In this document: positions 1-10,222 of the stretch, piece after piece
How the letters are laid out: the number at the start of each line of letters is the position of its first letter
How positions within the stretch are numbered: the first letter of the stretch is position 1
Assembly (NCBI GenBank): GCA_965205425.1
Contig: CBDBGZ010000009.1
Coordinates: 64,001-128,000 of the forward strand
Reading direction: 5' to 3'
Source of the DNA: Nitrosopumilus sp.
GTDB taxonomy: Archaea; Thermoproteota; Nitrososphaeria; Nitrososphaerales; Nitrosopumilaceae
DNA length: 64,000 bases
Position numbers and translations under genes: made by a program
Notes under the pieces: generated by a model
Told to the model about the DNA's origin: nothing
What the model saw: the letters and a program-made list of their open reading frames with translations, nothing else
Databases searched by the model: none

Positions 1-40
1 CCATGACTCTGGCACAAATATTGCAAATATTAACTATGAT

Positions 41-163
41 TTAGATTTCAATTATTTTCTCACAAGAACGGCATTTTACAGTGACCTTCGCACCAGGAAG
101 TCTAGTGAATCTCTTTGAACCACATTCAGGACAAATTGGACAAGCACGTAGAGGTTCTCCCAT
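41..163 (-). CDS. Zn-ribbon micro-protein (40 aa)
   Basis: Hand translation MGEPLRACPICPECGSKRFTRLPGAKVTVKCRSCEKIIEI*; two CxxC pairs; below the ORF-track cutoff. Confidence 0.65.
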   Translation of the reverse strand: MGEPLRACPICPECGSKRFTRLPGAKVTVKCRSCEKIIEI

Positions 164-197
164 ATGCAACAATCAATTTTGATTTAATTAAATCAGT

Positions 198-1118
198 CTA
201 TTGTATAGTGCCACTGCCAAGGATTCGAATTGTTGTGGATTCAGGTTTTAGAATAACTGCTACTTGTCCTTTTTTACAAACAATTGGTTTCTCAAATGTT
301 AACTTTAGAGGAGATATTGATGAAAATTTTGCAGCCTTTATTTGTAAACCAATACTAACTAGACATCCTTGATTTTCTGCAATGTCACTTTTGTAAAATG
401 GGCTCTTTTTAAAATCAAGATCAATCTCAGTTTTTATATCAACGGCGCCTTCTACTGAAATCACGTCACCACGACTAACTTCATCAGGTTTTGCACCTTT
501 TACAGCCAATCCAACTCTTGCAGGACATATTGATTCAGATACAGGGTCATCATGCATTTGAATTGATTTTATTAAAACATCAATCCCAGCAGGGTATAAT
601 TTCAAATTATCATATTGTTTCACAGTTCCATTTGTCACCTTACCTAAAATGACAGTTCCAACACCTTTTACATCAAAACAATGATCAATTAGTAATTCAG
701 AAGGATCATTATTTGTAATAGGTTCTAGTTTATTCATTTCTTCTTTAATTTTATCTTGTTCAACTTTGATGTAATTTTCTACAACTGTTCCTTTGATCAT
801 CATATCTAATTTAGATTCATCAACATCAAAAGTATGAGACAAAATTCCTTTTTCTTTTTTCAAAGAGTCAAGAGCAATAATTTGCTCCCCAGTGAATTTA
901 TCTAATTTGTCAACATGTAATATCACATATTCAGCCAAATTAATTGCCTGAAATAGAGGTTGGATTTTGTCGGGAAATCCATTTGGGATTACCCATGTTT
1001 TGATAATGTCAGATTCTTTTCTATCATAAAGAGTAAGATCTGATTCCGTACCTTTCTTTCCAAATTCAGAAGCAAGGTCTTGTTTACCCAAAACTACAAA
1101 ATTAATTGACTGTACCAC
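198..1118 (-). CDS. SelB/EF-Tu domain-2-containing protein with degenerate G domain
   Basis: IDHCFDVKGVGTVILG and IKSIQMHD beta-barrel motifs; no intact P-loop. Confidence 0.8.
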   Translation of the reverse strand: MVQSINFVVLGKQDLASEFGKKGTESDLTLYDRKESDIIKTWVIPNGFPDKIQPLFQAINLAEYVILHVDKLDKFTGEQIIALDSLKKEKGILSHTFDVDESKLDMMIKGTVVENYIKVEQDKIKEEMNKLEPITNNDPSELLIDHCFDVKGVGTVILGKVTNGTVKQYDNLKLYPAGIDVLIKSIQMHDDPVSESICPARVGLAVKGAKPDEVSRGDVISVEGAVDIKTEIDLDFKKSPFYKSDIAENQGCLVSIGLQIKAAKFSSISPLKLTFEKPIVCKKGQVAVILKPESTTIRILGSGTIQ

Positions 1119-1621
1119 AACAATTTGCTAAGAAATAGACTTTATGAAGTTTTGAAGGATTTCATAATGAGATTAAAAAATTAAATCATTAATTTCAAAA
1201 TACAAAAGATCTTAAAAAAGACCAAAAATACCAGCCTGGAAGCGATCAAAGATTAAATGTTCCCTTGTCGATATAGGTTAGGCTCAATTAAGGAATATAA
1301 GAAAAATGACGATGAAAGAACAACTCAATCTATTTGATAATGAATCAGATACTGCCATGTATAAGCATAAACTTACTCTTGAAAAAATTAAGAATGAGTT
1401 AATTGATTTTGGATTAACAAAGAGTCAAGCCAAAGTTTTCATATATCTTGGAAAATATGGTGCTAAAACAGCTTCAGAGGTTTCAAAAGCATTACAATTA
1501 CCAAGAACTGAAACATATCATTTAGTTAATTCCTTACAAAGTTTAGGATTAGTAGTTGCAGAGCTATCTCATCCAACTAAATATACTGCAATGGAAATGA
1601 GAACAGCAATAACAACTTTAG

Positions 1622-2527
1622 TTAAACAAGAACAAGATAGAATTGGCCTTGTAGAAACCATAATAAAATAACAAAATCTAATTTTCTAATCCTGTAAGCA
1701 TTGTATGCAATTAACCTGTACAACATCTCATTGTCCTGAGTTGTAACATTTCTTGATGTGACATCTCCTGACATTATCTGTTTGATCACAAAAAAGATTG
1801 TTTCAGATTTGTTTCTCTGATGGTACAATTGTACAGGAAAGTTCCTCTTCATCTCCTTTCTGTGAATTCCACTGGTTCTGTAAATTGGAACTGTTCTATA
1901 TCGAGTTGGAATTATTGCAGCTGTGTTGATCTGTTCTGCACCAACATGGTTATTCTCATCATCAAAACCCATGTCACCTAACACAATATCAACTGGAACA
2001 ATATTGTTGGTTTTGTACAACAATGGCAGAAAATCAAGATTATCATGTTGCATGTTGTGGTGTGTCATGACACAGCAAACAAGCTGTGTATTCATGTCAG
2101 CACAAACAACAACTTTTAGGAAATTCCTGCGTAACTGTACTCTTTTTGTATAATAGTATGATGCTGTACTGTAACTGAATCCGCTACCATCAATTCCAGC
2201 TAGAACCAGTCTGACTTTTTTGTACAAAATGAATTCCTGCAACATTTTATGTAACAGATTTCCTTCCAGTCTTGCAGCTGCCTTTTGTAGTGTGGTGTAA
2301 TGTGGAATGGTAGACAAACCAAGATATTCCTGAATTCCTACACATTCTTCTAAAAATTCTGTAAATCTTCTATAACTCTTTGATTCGTACTGTCGTATTG
2401 CCAAGAGTATGAGATGTGTCCAAACAGAATAGATATGATTTGATTTTGGATGTAAGAACCTGGGAATTCTGCATCTGGTGATTATATTGAGTAGTGTTTT
2501 GCACATTTTGACGTATGATGAGACCAT
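1622..2527 (-). CDS. IS5-family DDE transposase (stop codon lies outside the element)
   Basis: IDGSG, GDMGFD and YHQRNKSETIF DDE motifs. Confidence 0.9.
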   Translation of the reverse strand: MVSSYVKMCKTLLNIITRCRIPRFLHPKSNHIYSVWTHLILLAIRQYESKSYRRFTEFLEECVGIQEYLGLSTIPHYTTLQKAAARLEGNLLHKMLQEFILYKKVRLVLAGIDGSGFSYSTASYYYTKRVQLRRNFLKVVVCADMNTQLVCCVMTHHNMQHDNLDFLPLLYKTNNIVPVDIVLGDMGFDDENNHVGAEQINTAAIIPTRYRTVPIYRTSGIHRKEMKRNFPVQLYHQRNKSETIFFVIKQIMSGDVTSRNVTTQDNEMLYRLIAYNAYRIRKLDFVILLWFLQGQFYLVLV

Positions 2528-2615
2528 ACTGTAATCTGCAAATACAATCCTAATGGATCTAAATTAGCTAAAATGTATCACAATTGGGTTAAAATCAGAT
2601 GGTTTCTACAAGGCC
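1645..2615 (-). mobile_element. IS5-family element, copy 1 (971 bp)
   Basis: Perfect 17-bp TIR GGCCTTGTAGAAACCAT; 9-bp TSD GATAGAATT at 1636-1644 and 2616-2624. Confidence 0.95.
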
Positions 2616-2726
2616 GATAGAATTGATTCTTTAGCAAATAAAGAAGATTCTTTATCAGAGTTATGGAAAGAAATTCCATTTTTTGCAGTTGAAACAGATG
2701 AATCAAAATCTGAAAAAATGCAATTA

Positions 2727-2858
2727 TAGCGAAAAGATAAAGTTCGTGAACTAAATTATTCCAAAACAAAAAACTTTTTGATCACTATGTATGGTAAAAT
2801 TTGATGAACAAGTTAGAATCACTTGAAAGCAGCATACAAAAAAGAAAACTCCAAGGTT
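2727..2858 (+). mobile_element. Truncated left end of IS630 type A
   Basis: Near-identical to the element starting at 10522; preceded by TA; cut off by IS630-B. Confidence 0.9.
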
Positions 2859-4004
2859 TAGTTAAGGCATTAAATATTTGAATAATTTCACAACTCGAAC
2901 GTCTCCATTATCTAGTCTCTTCTGCATGTGTTTTCTCATCTCAGTTCCATTTGCAAAGAATGTATTGGCATTACCATTTTTCTCTTCTCTCCACTGTACC
3001 TCAATTGGATTGAGTTCTGGAGTGTATGCAGGAAAATATCTTATGATTACATTTCTTTTTGATACCTTGAGAAATTCTTTTACTCTGACACTTTTGTGGT
3101 ATGATGCATTGTCTGCAAATAATAACAGTTTCTTACCAAATTGTTTCTGCAGTGATTCTAAAAAATCAAGAAATGAGTCTGTGTTTGATTTATCATAGAA
3201 CCTACAAAAAAATACGCCGTCATCCCCCAATGCACCAAATGATTGAAATTTTTCTCGAGTGTAATTAATTGGTGTGGTAATGTTATTGCCTGCAAGATAC
3301 CATCCGCGCTTTATGTTAGGTGCTATCTTGTTTGTTGACTCATCCAGACATAGTGTGGTGTATCCCAATTTGGAATATTTTTTGATACTCCTTTTTGCGT
3401 TTTTTTAAAACGGGTTTGTTCCTCTTTTGAGGCTGATTTGTGATGTGTGGGACGTGGTTTTTTTGATGAGAATCCAATTCTGTGCAGCAATTCACGCATT
3501 CCTCTTGCAGAGTATAGGGTGTTGTATTTTTTATTCACATGTGTAATTACCATTCTTGTACTCCACATGAATTGGTTAAATCCAAACTTTTCTGGACCTG
3601 AAATTAGATCATTTCTTAATGATACTAGCTGTTTTTCATTTAGAAAACATCTAGAACCAGAATATTTCTTGCGGTGTGATGCAGATATTCCCTCTTCATC
3701 CATTCGATTTAGCCAGTAGGACAGAGTTGATGGTATGACATCCAGACTTGCACATATCACAGAATACGGAATATTTTGTTTTCTTAGTATTGCAGCCTTT
3801 AATCTTATCTTTGCTTTTGCATTTTTTTCATTCTTGCATACTTTTCTTAAAAAATTAATGCTTGTACCTTTCATGAATTGATTTCCAGAGGAAACCTTGG
3901 ATTGTCTTGTACTCTTTGACATGGTTTCATGAATTGATTCTACGATCTAGATCTTTTGAGTTAAAATACTTGACAGTTTATTCAAAATTTATATGCCTAA
4001 ACTA
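2859..4004 (-). mobile_element. IS630-family element type B, copy 1
   Basis: Imperfect TIR TAGTTAAGGCATTAAATATTTGAATAA / TAGTTTAGGCATATAAATTTTGAATAA; TA at 4005-4006. Confidence 0.9.
2862..3922 (-). CDS. IS630 transposase in two ORFs (HTH 3323-3922, DDE 2862-3368) joined by a probable -1 frameshift
   Basis: LCLDES, FADNASYH and PAYTPELNPIE motifs; TTTTAAAAAAA slippery run at 3400-3410. Confidence 0.85.
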
Positions 4005-4006
4005 TA

Positions 4007-4137
4007 TAGCGAAAAGATAAAGTTCGTGAACTAAAAATCATCAAAAAACTAGAGATTAGATGATTTTACCTAAGGTAAATACGAATAAACAATCTGAAAC
4101 ACCTTGAAAATAGTTCATGAACATATGCTTCTCGCTA
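4007..4137. mobile_element. 131-bp MITE with IS630-A-type ends
   Basis: TIR TAGCGAAAAGATAAAGTTCGTGAACTA / TAGCGAGAAGCATATGTTCATGAACTA; TA on both sides; no ORF. Confidence 0.85.
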
Positions 4138-4700
4138 TATGTTCAGAGCAGGTTGAAAACGAGAATTTACTCCTTCATTTAATGGGTGTTCTACACCATC
4201 AATAATCACAACATAGGGCGTACTTGGAGGATCTTCCATTCTAGGATCACAATATTTGAAATTTGCAGGAAGCGAACCTGCAGGTAATTGAACGGACAGT
4301 ACCCCATATTCCTTAGTTGGAGTAACTGATACGACCAACATCTGATGGTCATATATCATCTTATCAAGTGTGGCACCAGTAATTTCAAAAGGAACTGAAT
4401 TCACAGTTCCAGGAGAATTTATTGGAACGACACCTTTGATATCAACTACATTTTTGTATTGTATGTACCATCCAGTTTTTTCTGCAGTACTATTTGTAAC
4501 ACATGCAAGTTTTCCACTAGGTCTTTCAGTCAAAACATGATCTTGATTGGGACACACAATGTTTGGCAGTACATAAAACTGAGATTGATATTTCAGTGAA
4601 TGAAACCTTGGATCTCCATAACACTCATGATCAGGCAAGCATTTTGCATATGCATCAGAAAAGATTACGGGAATCAATGCCATTACAAATAGCATAATTA

Positions 4701-5796
4701 TACCCAAGATCATAAGTCTTTTCAATTTATTGTTCTTGCAAAATACTGATACATATTCAAATTAAATTTGTGGGTTCTAAAATATTCCATAACTGTATGT
4801 CTCATTTCATGAATAGATTCATAAAATTCTGATTCAACATTAACATGTTTGCACTGTCTCCAAATCTCTTCAATCATACTCAAATGTGGGGAACCTCTTG
4901 GAAGATATGCCAGTTTGACATCTTTGTTTTTACGCAGATATTCTTTTACATCATTAGCTTTGTGTTGCGGTGCCCTATCGACGATAACAAATATTTTCCC
5001 GAATTTTCTACGAGCTGCCTCCAAATAATCCATAAATGCAATTGAATTAAATTTTTCATACGATCTAAAAAAACTTTGATTATCATCAGTCACCATCCCA
5101 TAAACCAAAAATCTTTGGTGTGATCCTCTCCAACGTACAATCATTCGTTGGTGTACATCTGTCCAGTATTTTTTACCAAGACGTACATCGTCTACAAATA
5201 CAGACTCGTCTTGGATGAATACTGTAAAACCTTTCTTTTTTGCCTTTTCTATGCGTGAAATGATGCGGTTTTTCCACTTGCGGCACACATCCTTGGATGC
5301 TGCTCGCACATGTACCTTTTGGGGAACCTTTGGTTTTAGATTCCATTTGTGCATCAAAGGACGCACATGAGTGATATGATATGTAATGCGTGTTCTGTAA
5401 AATATGAATTGTACCAGTTTTTTTGGAGTCATGCCGTTTGAAATTTTCTTAAATGTACGCTCTATTTTTTGTAATTTTTTGTGTGAAATTAATGGCGGAC
5501 GGCCAGAACGAGGGGGGTCCTCCAGGCCCTCTAGTCCGTATTTTTCAAATGAATCAAGCCAGTTCCTTACAGAGTTGTATGTACAAAACATTTGGTTGGC
5601 AGTTTCAGCAATTGTGGATTCGTTGATTTTAATCTTACACATTGCATGCAGTCTTTCCTTTTTCTTACCGTACTTTTCTTTTTTGTAGGCCTGGAGTAAC
5701 TCGTCATTTGTAATGTCCATGAAATTATTTCTAACTACTGATCAAAAAGTATTGCTATTTGTTTTGAAAAATTGCAAAGAATTATGCTCCGAGGTA
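4701..5796 (-). mobile_element. IS630-family element type C, full copy
   Basis: Imperfect TIR TACCCAAGATCATAAGTCTTTTCAATT / TACCTCGGAGCATAATTCTTTGCAATT; TA TSD at 4699-4700 and 5797-5798. Confidence 0.92.
4722..5720 (-). CDS. IS630-family transposase (single ORF)
   Basis: N-terminal HTH with RSGRP; IQDES, VDRAPQH and LPRGSPHLSMIE motifs. Confidence 0.9.
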   Translation of the reverse strand: MDITNDELLQAYKKEKYGKKKERLHAMCKIKINESTIAETANQMFCTYNSVRNWLDSFEKYGLEGLEDPPRSGRPPLISHKKLQKIERTFKKISNGMTPKKLVQFIFYRTRITYHITHVRPLMHKWNLKPKVPQKVHVRAASKDVCRKWKNRIISRIEKAKKKGFTVFIQDESVFVDDVRLGKKYWTDVHQRMIVRWRGSHQRFLVYGMVTDDNQSFFRSYEKFNSIAFMDYLEAARRKFGKIFVIVDRAPQHKANDVKEYLRKNKDVKLAYLPRGSPHLSMIEEIWRQCKHVNVESEFYESIHEMRHTVMEYFRTHKFNLNMYQYFARTIN

Positions 5797-5876
5797 TACA
5801 ATGAGTCCTAGCCTCATATCGAACATTTTGTAGGCTATCTGATAAAGTGTTCTATTGATTTCCAAATTTTAGAAAA

Positions 5877-6896
5877 TCAGATTTTGGATACTAAACTAAG
5901 AGAAAAATGCTTTTTCTCATCTAACCAAGTATGTTTTAATTCAAATCCAACATCATCAAGAAGATCATGAATTTCAGATAAGCGATATTTGTGAGAGTAT
6001 TCTGTATGAATTAATTCATCTTTGTTAAGTTTCAACTCTAAATTAGATTTAGAGACAACTACATATTGTTCAGTCATTGATTTTAGATACATTTCAATTC
6101 GTTGGTCTTTTTCATTGTAAATTGCATGATGTGAAAAATTATCTAGATTAAAATCGGCATCGAGTTCATCATTCATTCTAGACAACACGTTTAGATTAAA
6201 CGCTGCAGTTATTTTTTGTAAATCATTATATGCAGATTCAAGTATTCCTTTTTCTTTAACAAGGTCAAGACCAATTAAAAACAAATCACCGGATTTCATT
6301 GTCGAATAAACTTTTTCTAAAAACTTGTAACCATCAATTGGAGAAAAATTACCAAAGCTAGAACCTAAAAAAATTATCAGGTTTTTCTTTTCATCATATG
6401 TTCTAAGAAATTCTAAACCGCCTTCATAGGTATCAATGATTCCAGTAACTGTAAGATTTTCATAATCAGAAAGTAATTGTTCAGAACTTTCAGCAAGAAT
6501 TTCAGAAATATCAATTGGAAAATATTCTACATTATTTTGAGATGTCAAAACATCTAACAACAATCTTGTTTTAACTGAGGAACCACTTCCTAATTCAACT
6601 AGTCTAAAATCATCATCGAGAAAAGAGGGTAATTCATTTTGTAATTGTTTAAGAATAGAAATTTCGGTTCGAGTAGGATAATATTCTGGAGTTGAGCATA
6701 TTTTCTCAAATAAATCAGAGCCCTTTTTGTCATAGAAGAATTTTGGGGAGATGAACTTGGAATCCCGGTTCAAACTAGAAAAAACCTCTTCTGCAAAGGT
6801 CTTTTTAATTTGTGTTGCATGAGGTTTGAAATACCGTAGCCTAGAATCAACTACATATTTTTTGTAATCAAGGTTTTTTTGAATAATATCGGTCAA
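5877..6896 (-). CDS. egtD: L-histidine N-alpha-methyltransferase (ergothioneine pathway)
   Basis: PKFFYD..GSDLFEKI..PEYYPTRTE, LVELGSGS, GSSFGNF, AAFNLNVL and IHTEYSHKY motifs. Confidence 0.9.
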   Translation of the reverse strand: MTDIIQKNLDYKKYVVDSRLRYFKPHATQIKKTFAEEVFSSLNRDSKFISPKFFYDKKGSDLFEKICSTPEYYPTRTEISILKQLQNELPSFLDDDFRLVELGSGSSVKTRLLLDVLTSQNNVEYFPIDISEILAESSEQLLSDYENLTVTGIIDTYEGGLEFLRTYDEKKNLIIFLGSSFGNFSPIDGYKFLEKVYSTMKSGDLFLIGLDLVKEKGILESAYNDLQKITAAFNLNVLSRMNDELDADFNLDNFSHHAIYNEKDQRIEMYLKSMTEQYVVVSKSNLELKLNKDELIHTEYSHKYRLSEIHDLLDDVGFELKHTWLDEKKHFSLSLVSKI

Positions 6897-6932
6897 GTAT
6901 TAACCCAGCCAATATTTGACATAAATGCTTTA

Positions 6933-6947
6933 TCCCATTTTTTTATG
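6933..6947 (+). repeat. Left 15-bp direct repeat of the 10.3-kb island
   Basis: TCCCATTTTTTTATG, identical to 17243-17257. Confidence 0.85.
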
Positions 6948-6949
6948 TC

Positions 6950-7230
6950 TGTTCTTTCCAAAAATTATTTCGTGTCACTTTCATGAGTAATTCCTCCATA
7001 GAATACTTGGGTCTATGAGTATTTCGTTTGTTATCATCTTGGAGTGATACGCATCAGATGGTGTCTCCATGTTATCCAAGTCTAGTGCGCCATGAACTCT
7101 AATGTGATTGTACCAATGCATAAACTGCTCCACTGACTCAAAGTATTCTATTTTACACTCAAAGATATCCCAGAACTTTTCTAGCTTACCATTTGTTTGT
7201 GGATGTCTCACTCTTGTACGAGAGGTGCTT
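6950..7230 (-). pseudogene. IS481-family remnant (transposase C-terminus and right end)
   Basis: RHPQTNGKLEKFW...WYNHIRVHGAL; TGT-starting terminal repeat at 6950; truncated by IS630-C. Confidence 0.85.
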
Positions 7231-7232
7231 TA

Positions 7233-7942
7233 TACCCAAGATCATAAGTCTTTTCAATTTATTGTTCTTGCAAAATACTGATACATATTCAAATTAAATT
7301 TGTGGGTTCTAAAATATTCCATAACTGTATGCCTCATTTCATGAATAGATTCATAAAATTCTGATTCAACATTAACATGTTTGCACTGTCTCCAAATCTC
7401 TTCAATCATACTCAAATGTGGAGAACCTCTTGGAAGATATGCCAGTTTGACATCTTCGTTTTTACGCAGATATTCTTTTACATCATTAGCTTTGTGTTGC
7501 GGTGCTCTATCGACGATAACAAATATTTTTCCAAATTTTCTACGAGCTGCCTCTAAATAATCCATAAATGCAATTGAATTAAATTTTTCATACGATCTAA
7601 AAAAACTTTGATTATCATCAGTCACCATCCCATAAACCAAAAATCTTTGGTGTGATCCTCTCCAACGTACAATCATTCGTTGATGTACATCTGTCCAGTA
7701 TTTTTTACCAAGACGTACATCGTCTACAAATACAGACTCGTCTTGGATGAATACTGTAAAACCTTTCTTTTTTGCCTTTTCTATGCGTGAAATGATGCGG
7801 TTTTTACACTTGCGGCACACATCCTTGGATGCTGCTCGCACATGTACCTTTTGGGGAACCTTTGGTTTTAGATTCCATTTGTGCATCAAACGACGCACGT
7901 GAGTGATATGATATGTAATGCGTGTTCTGTAAAATATGAATT
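7233..7942 (-). mobile_element. IS630 type C, 5'-truncated copy
   Basis: Near-identical to 4701-5410; cut by IS630-B at 7943. Confidence 0.9.
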
Positions 7943-8791
7943 TAGTTAAGGCATTAAATATTTGAATATTTTAACAACTCTAACATCACCATTATCTAGT
8001 CTCTTCTGCATGTGTTTTCTCATCTCAGTTCCATTTGCAAAGAATGTGTTGGCATTGCCATTTTTTCTTCTCTCCACTGTACCTCAATTGGATTGAGTTC
8101 TGGAGTGTATGCAGGAAAATATCTGATGATTACTTTATTTTTTGGTGCTTTGAGAAATTCTTTTACTCTGAGACTTTTGTGGTATGATGCATTATCTGCA
8201 AACAATAACAATTTCTTACCAAATTGTTTTTGCAGTGATTCTAAAAAATCAAGAAATGCGTCTGTGTTTGATTTATCATAGAATCTGCAAAAAAACACAC
8301 CATCATCCCCCAATGCGCCAAATGATTGAAACTTTTCTCGAGTATAGTTGATTTTGGTTTGTGTATTTTTTCCTTTTAGATACCAGCCTTTTTTGATATT
8401 TGGAGCTATCTTGTTTGTTGACTCATCCAGACATAGTGTGGTGTATCCCAATTTGGAATATTTTTTGATACTCCTTTTTGCGTTTTTTTAAAACGGGTTT
8501 GTTCCTCTTTTGAGGCTGATTTGTGATGAGTCTGTCTTGGTTTTTTTGATGAGAATCCGATACGGTGTAGTAATTCACGCATTCCTCTTACAGAGTATAG
8601 GATATTGTATTTTTTATTCACATGTGTAATTACCATTCTTGTACTCCACATGAATTGGTTAAATCCAAACTTTTCTGGACCTGAAATTAGATCATTCCTT
8701 AATGACACTAGCTGTTTTTTATCTAAGAAACATCTAGAGCCAGAATATTCCTTACGGTGTGATGCAGATATTCCTTCTCGGTTCATTTGGT

Positions 8792-9736
8792 TTAACCAAT
8801 TACTAAGAGTTGATGGTATGATATCAAGACTGATGCATATTTGAGAATATGTCGGCCTTGTAGAAACCATAATAAAATAACAAAATCTAATTTTCTAATC
8901 CTGTAAGCATTGTATGCAATTAACCTGTACAACATCTCATTGTCCTGAGTTGTAACATTTCTTGATGTGACATCTCCTGACATTATCTGTTTGATCACAA
9001 AAAAGATTGTTTCAGATTTGTTTCTCTGATGGTACAATTGTACAGGAAAGTTCCTCTTCATCTCCTTTCTGTGAATTCCACTGGTTCTGTAAATTGGAAC
9101 TGTTCTATATCGAGTTGGAATCATTGCAGCTGTGTTGATCTGTTCTGCACCAACATGGTTATTCTCATCATCAAAACCCATGTCACCTAACACAATATCA
9201 ACTGGAACAATATTGTTGGTTTTGTACAACAATGGCAGAAAATCAGGATTATCATGTTGCATGTTGTGGTGTGTCATGACACAGCAAACAAGCTGTGTAT
9301 TCATGTCAGCACAAACAACAACTTTTAGGAAATTCCTGCGTAACTGTACTCTTTTTGTATAATAGTATGATGCTGTACTGTAACTGAATCCGCTACCATC
9401 AATTCCAGCTAGAACCAGTCTGACTTTTTTGTACAAAATGAATTCCTGCAACATTTTATGTAACAGATTTCCTTCCAGTCTTGCAGCTGCCTTTTGTAGT
9501 GTGGTGTAATGTGGAATGGTAGACAAACCAAGATATTCCTGAATTCCTACACATTCTTCTAAAAATTCTGTAAATCTTCTATAACTCTTTGATTCGTACT
9601 GTCGTATTGCCAAGAGTATGAGATGTGTCCAAACAGAATAGATATGATTTGATTTTGGATGTAAGAACCTGGGAATTCTGCATCTGGTGATTATATTGAG
9701 TAGTGTTTTGCACATTTTGACGTATGATGAGACCAT
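8792..9736 (-). CDS. IS5-family DDE transposase, copy 2
   Basis: Two internal amino-acid differences from copy 1; different C-terminus read from flanking DNA. Confidence 0.9.
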   Translation of the reverse strand: MVSSYVKMCKTLLNIITRCRIPRFLHPKSNHIYSVWTHLILLAIRQYESKSYRRFTEFLEECVGIQEYLGLSTIPHYTTLQKAAARLEGNLLHKMLQEFILYKKVRLVLAGIDGSGFSYSTASYYYTKRVQLRRNFLKVVVCADMNTQLVCCVMTHHNMQHDNPDFLPLLYKTNNIVPVDIVLGDMGFDDENNHVGAEQINTAAMIPTRYRTVPIYRTSGIHRKEMKRNFPVQLYHQRNKSETIFFVIKQIMSGDVTSRNVTTQDNEMLYRLIAYNAYRIRKLDFVILLWFLQGRHILKYASVLISYHQLLVIG

Positions 9737-9824
9737 ACTGTAATCTGCAAATACAATCCTAATGGATCTAAATTAGCTAAAATGTATCACAATTGGGTTA
9801 AAATCAGATGGTTTCTACAAGGCC
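8854..9824 (-). mobile_element. IS5-family element, copy 2 (971 bp)
   Basis: Same 17-bp TIR; 9-bp TSD GAATATGTC at 8845-8853 and 9825-9833. Confidence 0.95.
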
Positions 9825-10067
9825 GAATATGTCATGTCTTGTTTGCGTAGAATTGCAGCCTTTAGTCTTATCTTTGCTTTTGCATTTTTTTCATTCTTGC
9901 ATGTTTTTCTTAAAAAATTAATGCTTGTACCTTTCATGAATTGATTCCCAGAGGAAACCTTGGATTGTCTTGTACTCTTTGACATGGTTTCATGAATTGA
10001 TTCTACGATCTAGATCTTTTGGGTTAAAATACTTGACAGTTTATTCAGAATTTATATGCCTAAACTA

Positions 10068-10206
10068 TAGTATAGATAATCTTTTAAAATATGGTCAATG
10101 GAAAAATCCATGTGTGAATGTTGATTTATACAAAAAAGCAGATCGTATGGATATGATTTTTTATAATGAAAAATTTGATTGTTATTCTACAAAACAATCG
10201 GATTAA
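10068..10206 (+). pseudogene. 3' fragment of an unidentified gene between IS ends
   Basis: Open frame SIDNLLKYGQWKNPCVNVDLYKKADRMDMIFYNEKFDCYSTKQSD* running from the IS630-B boundary. Confidence 0.35.
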
Positions 10207-10222
10207 TAGATCGCAATAACAA

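Larger units (their letters stand above)
1306..2726 (+). pseudogene. TrmB-family transcriptional regulator split by IS5 and truncated by IS630
   Basis: GLTKSQAKVFIYL...ASEVSKALQLPRTETY HTH; after removing IS5 the frame continues DRIDSLANKEDSLSELWKEIPFF...EKMQL up to an IS630 end at 2727. Confidence 0.85.
4138..5817 (-). pseudogene. Secreted Cys-containing protein interrupted by IS630-C and truncated by a MITE
   Basis: Removing IS630-C restores ATG at 5817: MRLGLIVIMLFVMALIPVIFSDAYAKC signal peptide; C...RPSGKLACV motif; the present stop is supplied by the MITE end. Confidence 0.8.
7943..10067 (-). mobile_element. IS630 type B, copy 2 (inactive; interrupted by IS5 and frameshifted)
   Basis: Same TIRs as 2859-4004; IS5 inserted in the HTH ORF; 1-nt deletion near 8062 (EEKMAMP instead of EEKNGNA). 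Confidence 0.9.

Noticed and set aside
115..372. Many short ORFs antisense to core genes and transposases (e.g. 115-372, 1923-2153, 18932-19195, 30461-30778, 60803-61177)
   Set aside because: Shadow frames on the strand opposite well-supported genes, with no motifs
2578..2769. ORFs starting MFWNNLVHELYLFAI (also 10232-10564)
   Set aside because: The shared N-terminus is the antisense IS630-A terminal repeat fused to unrelated flank
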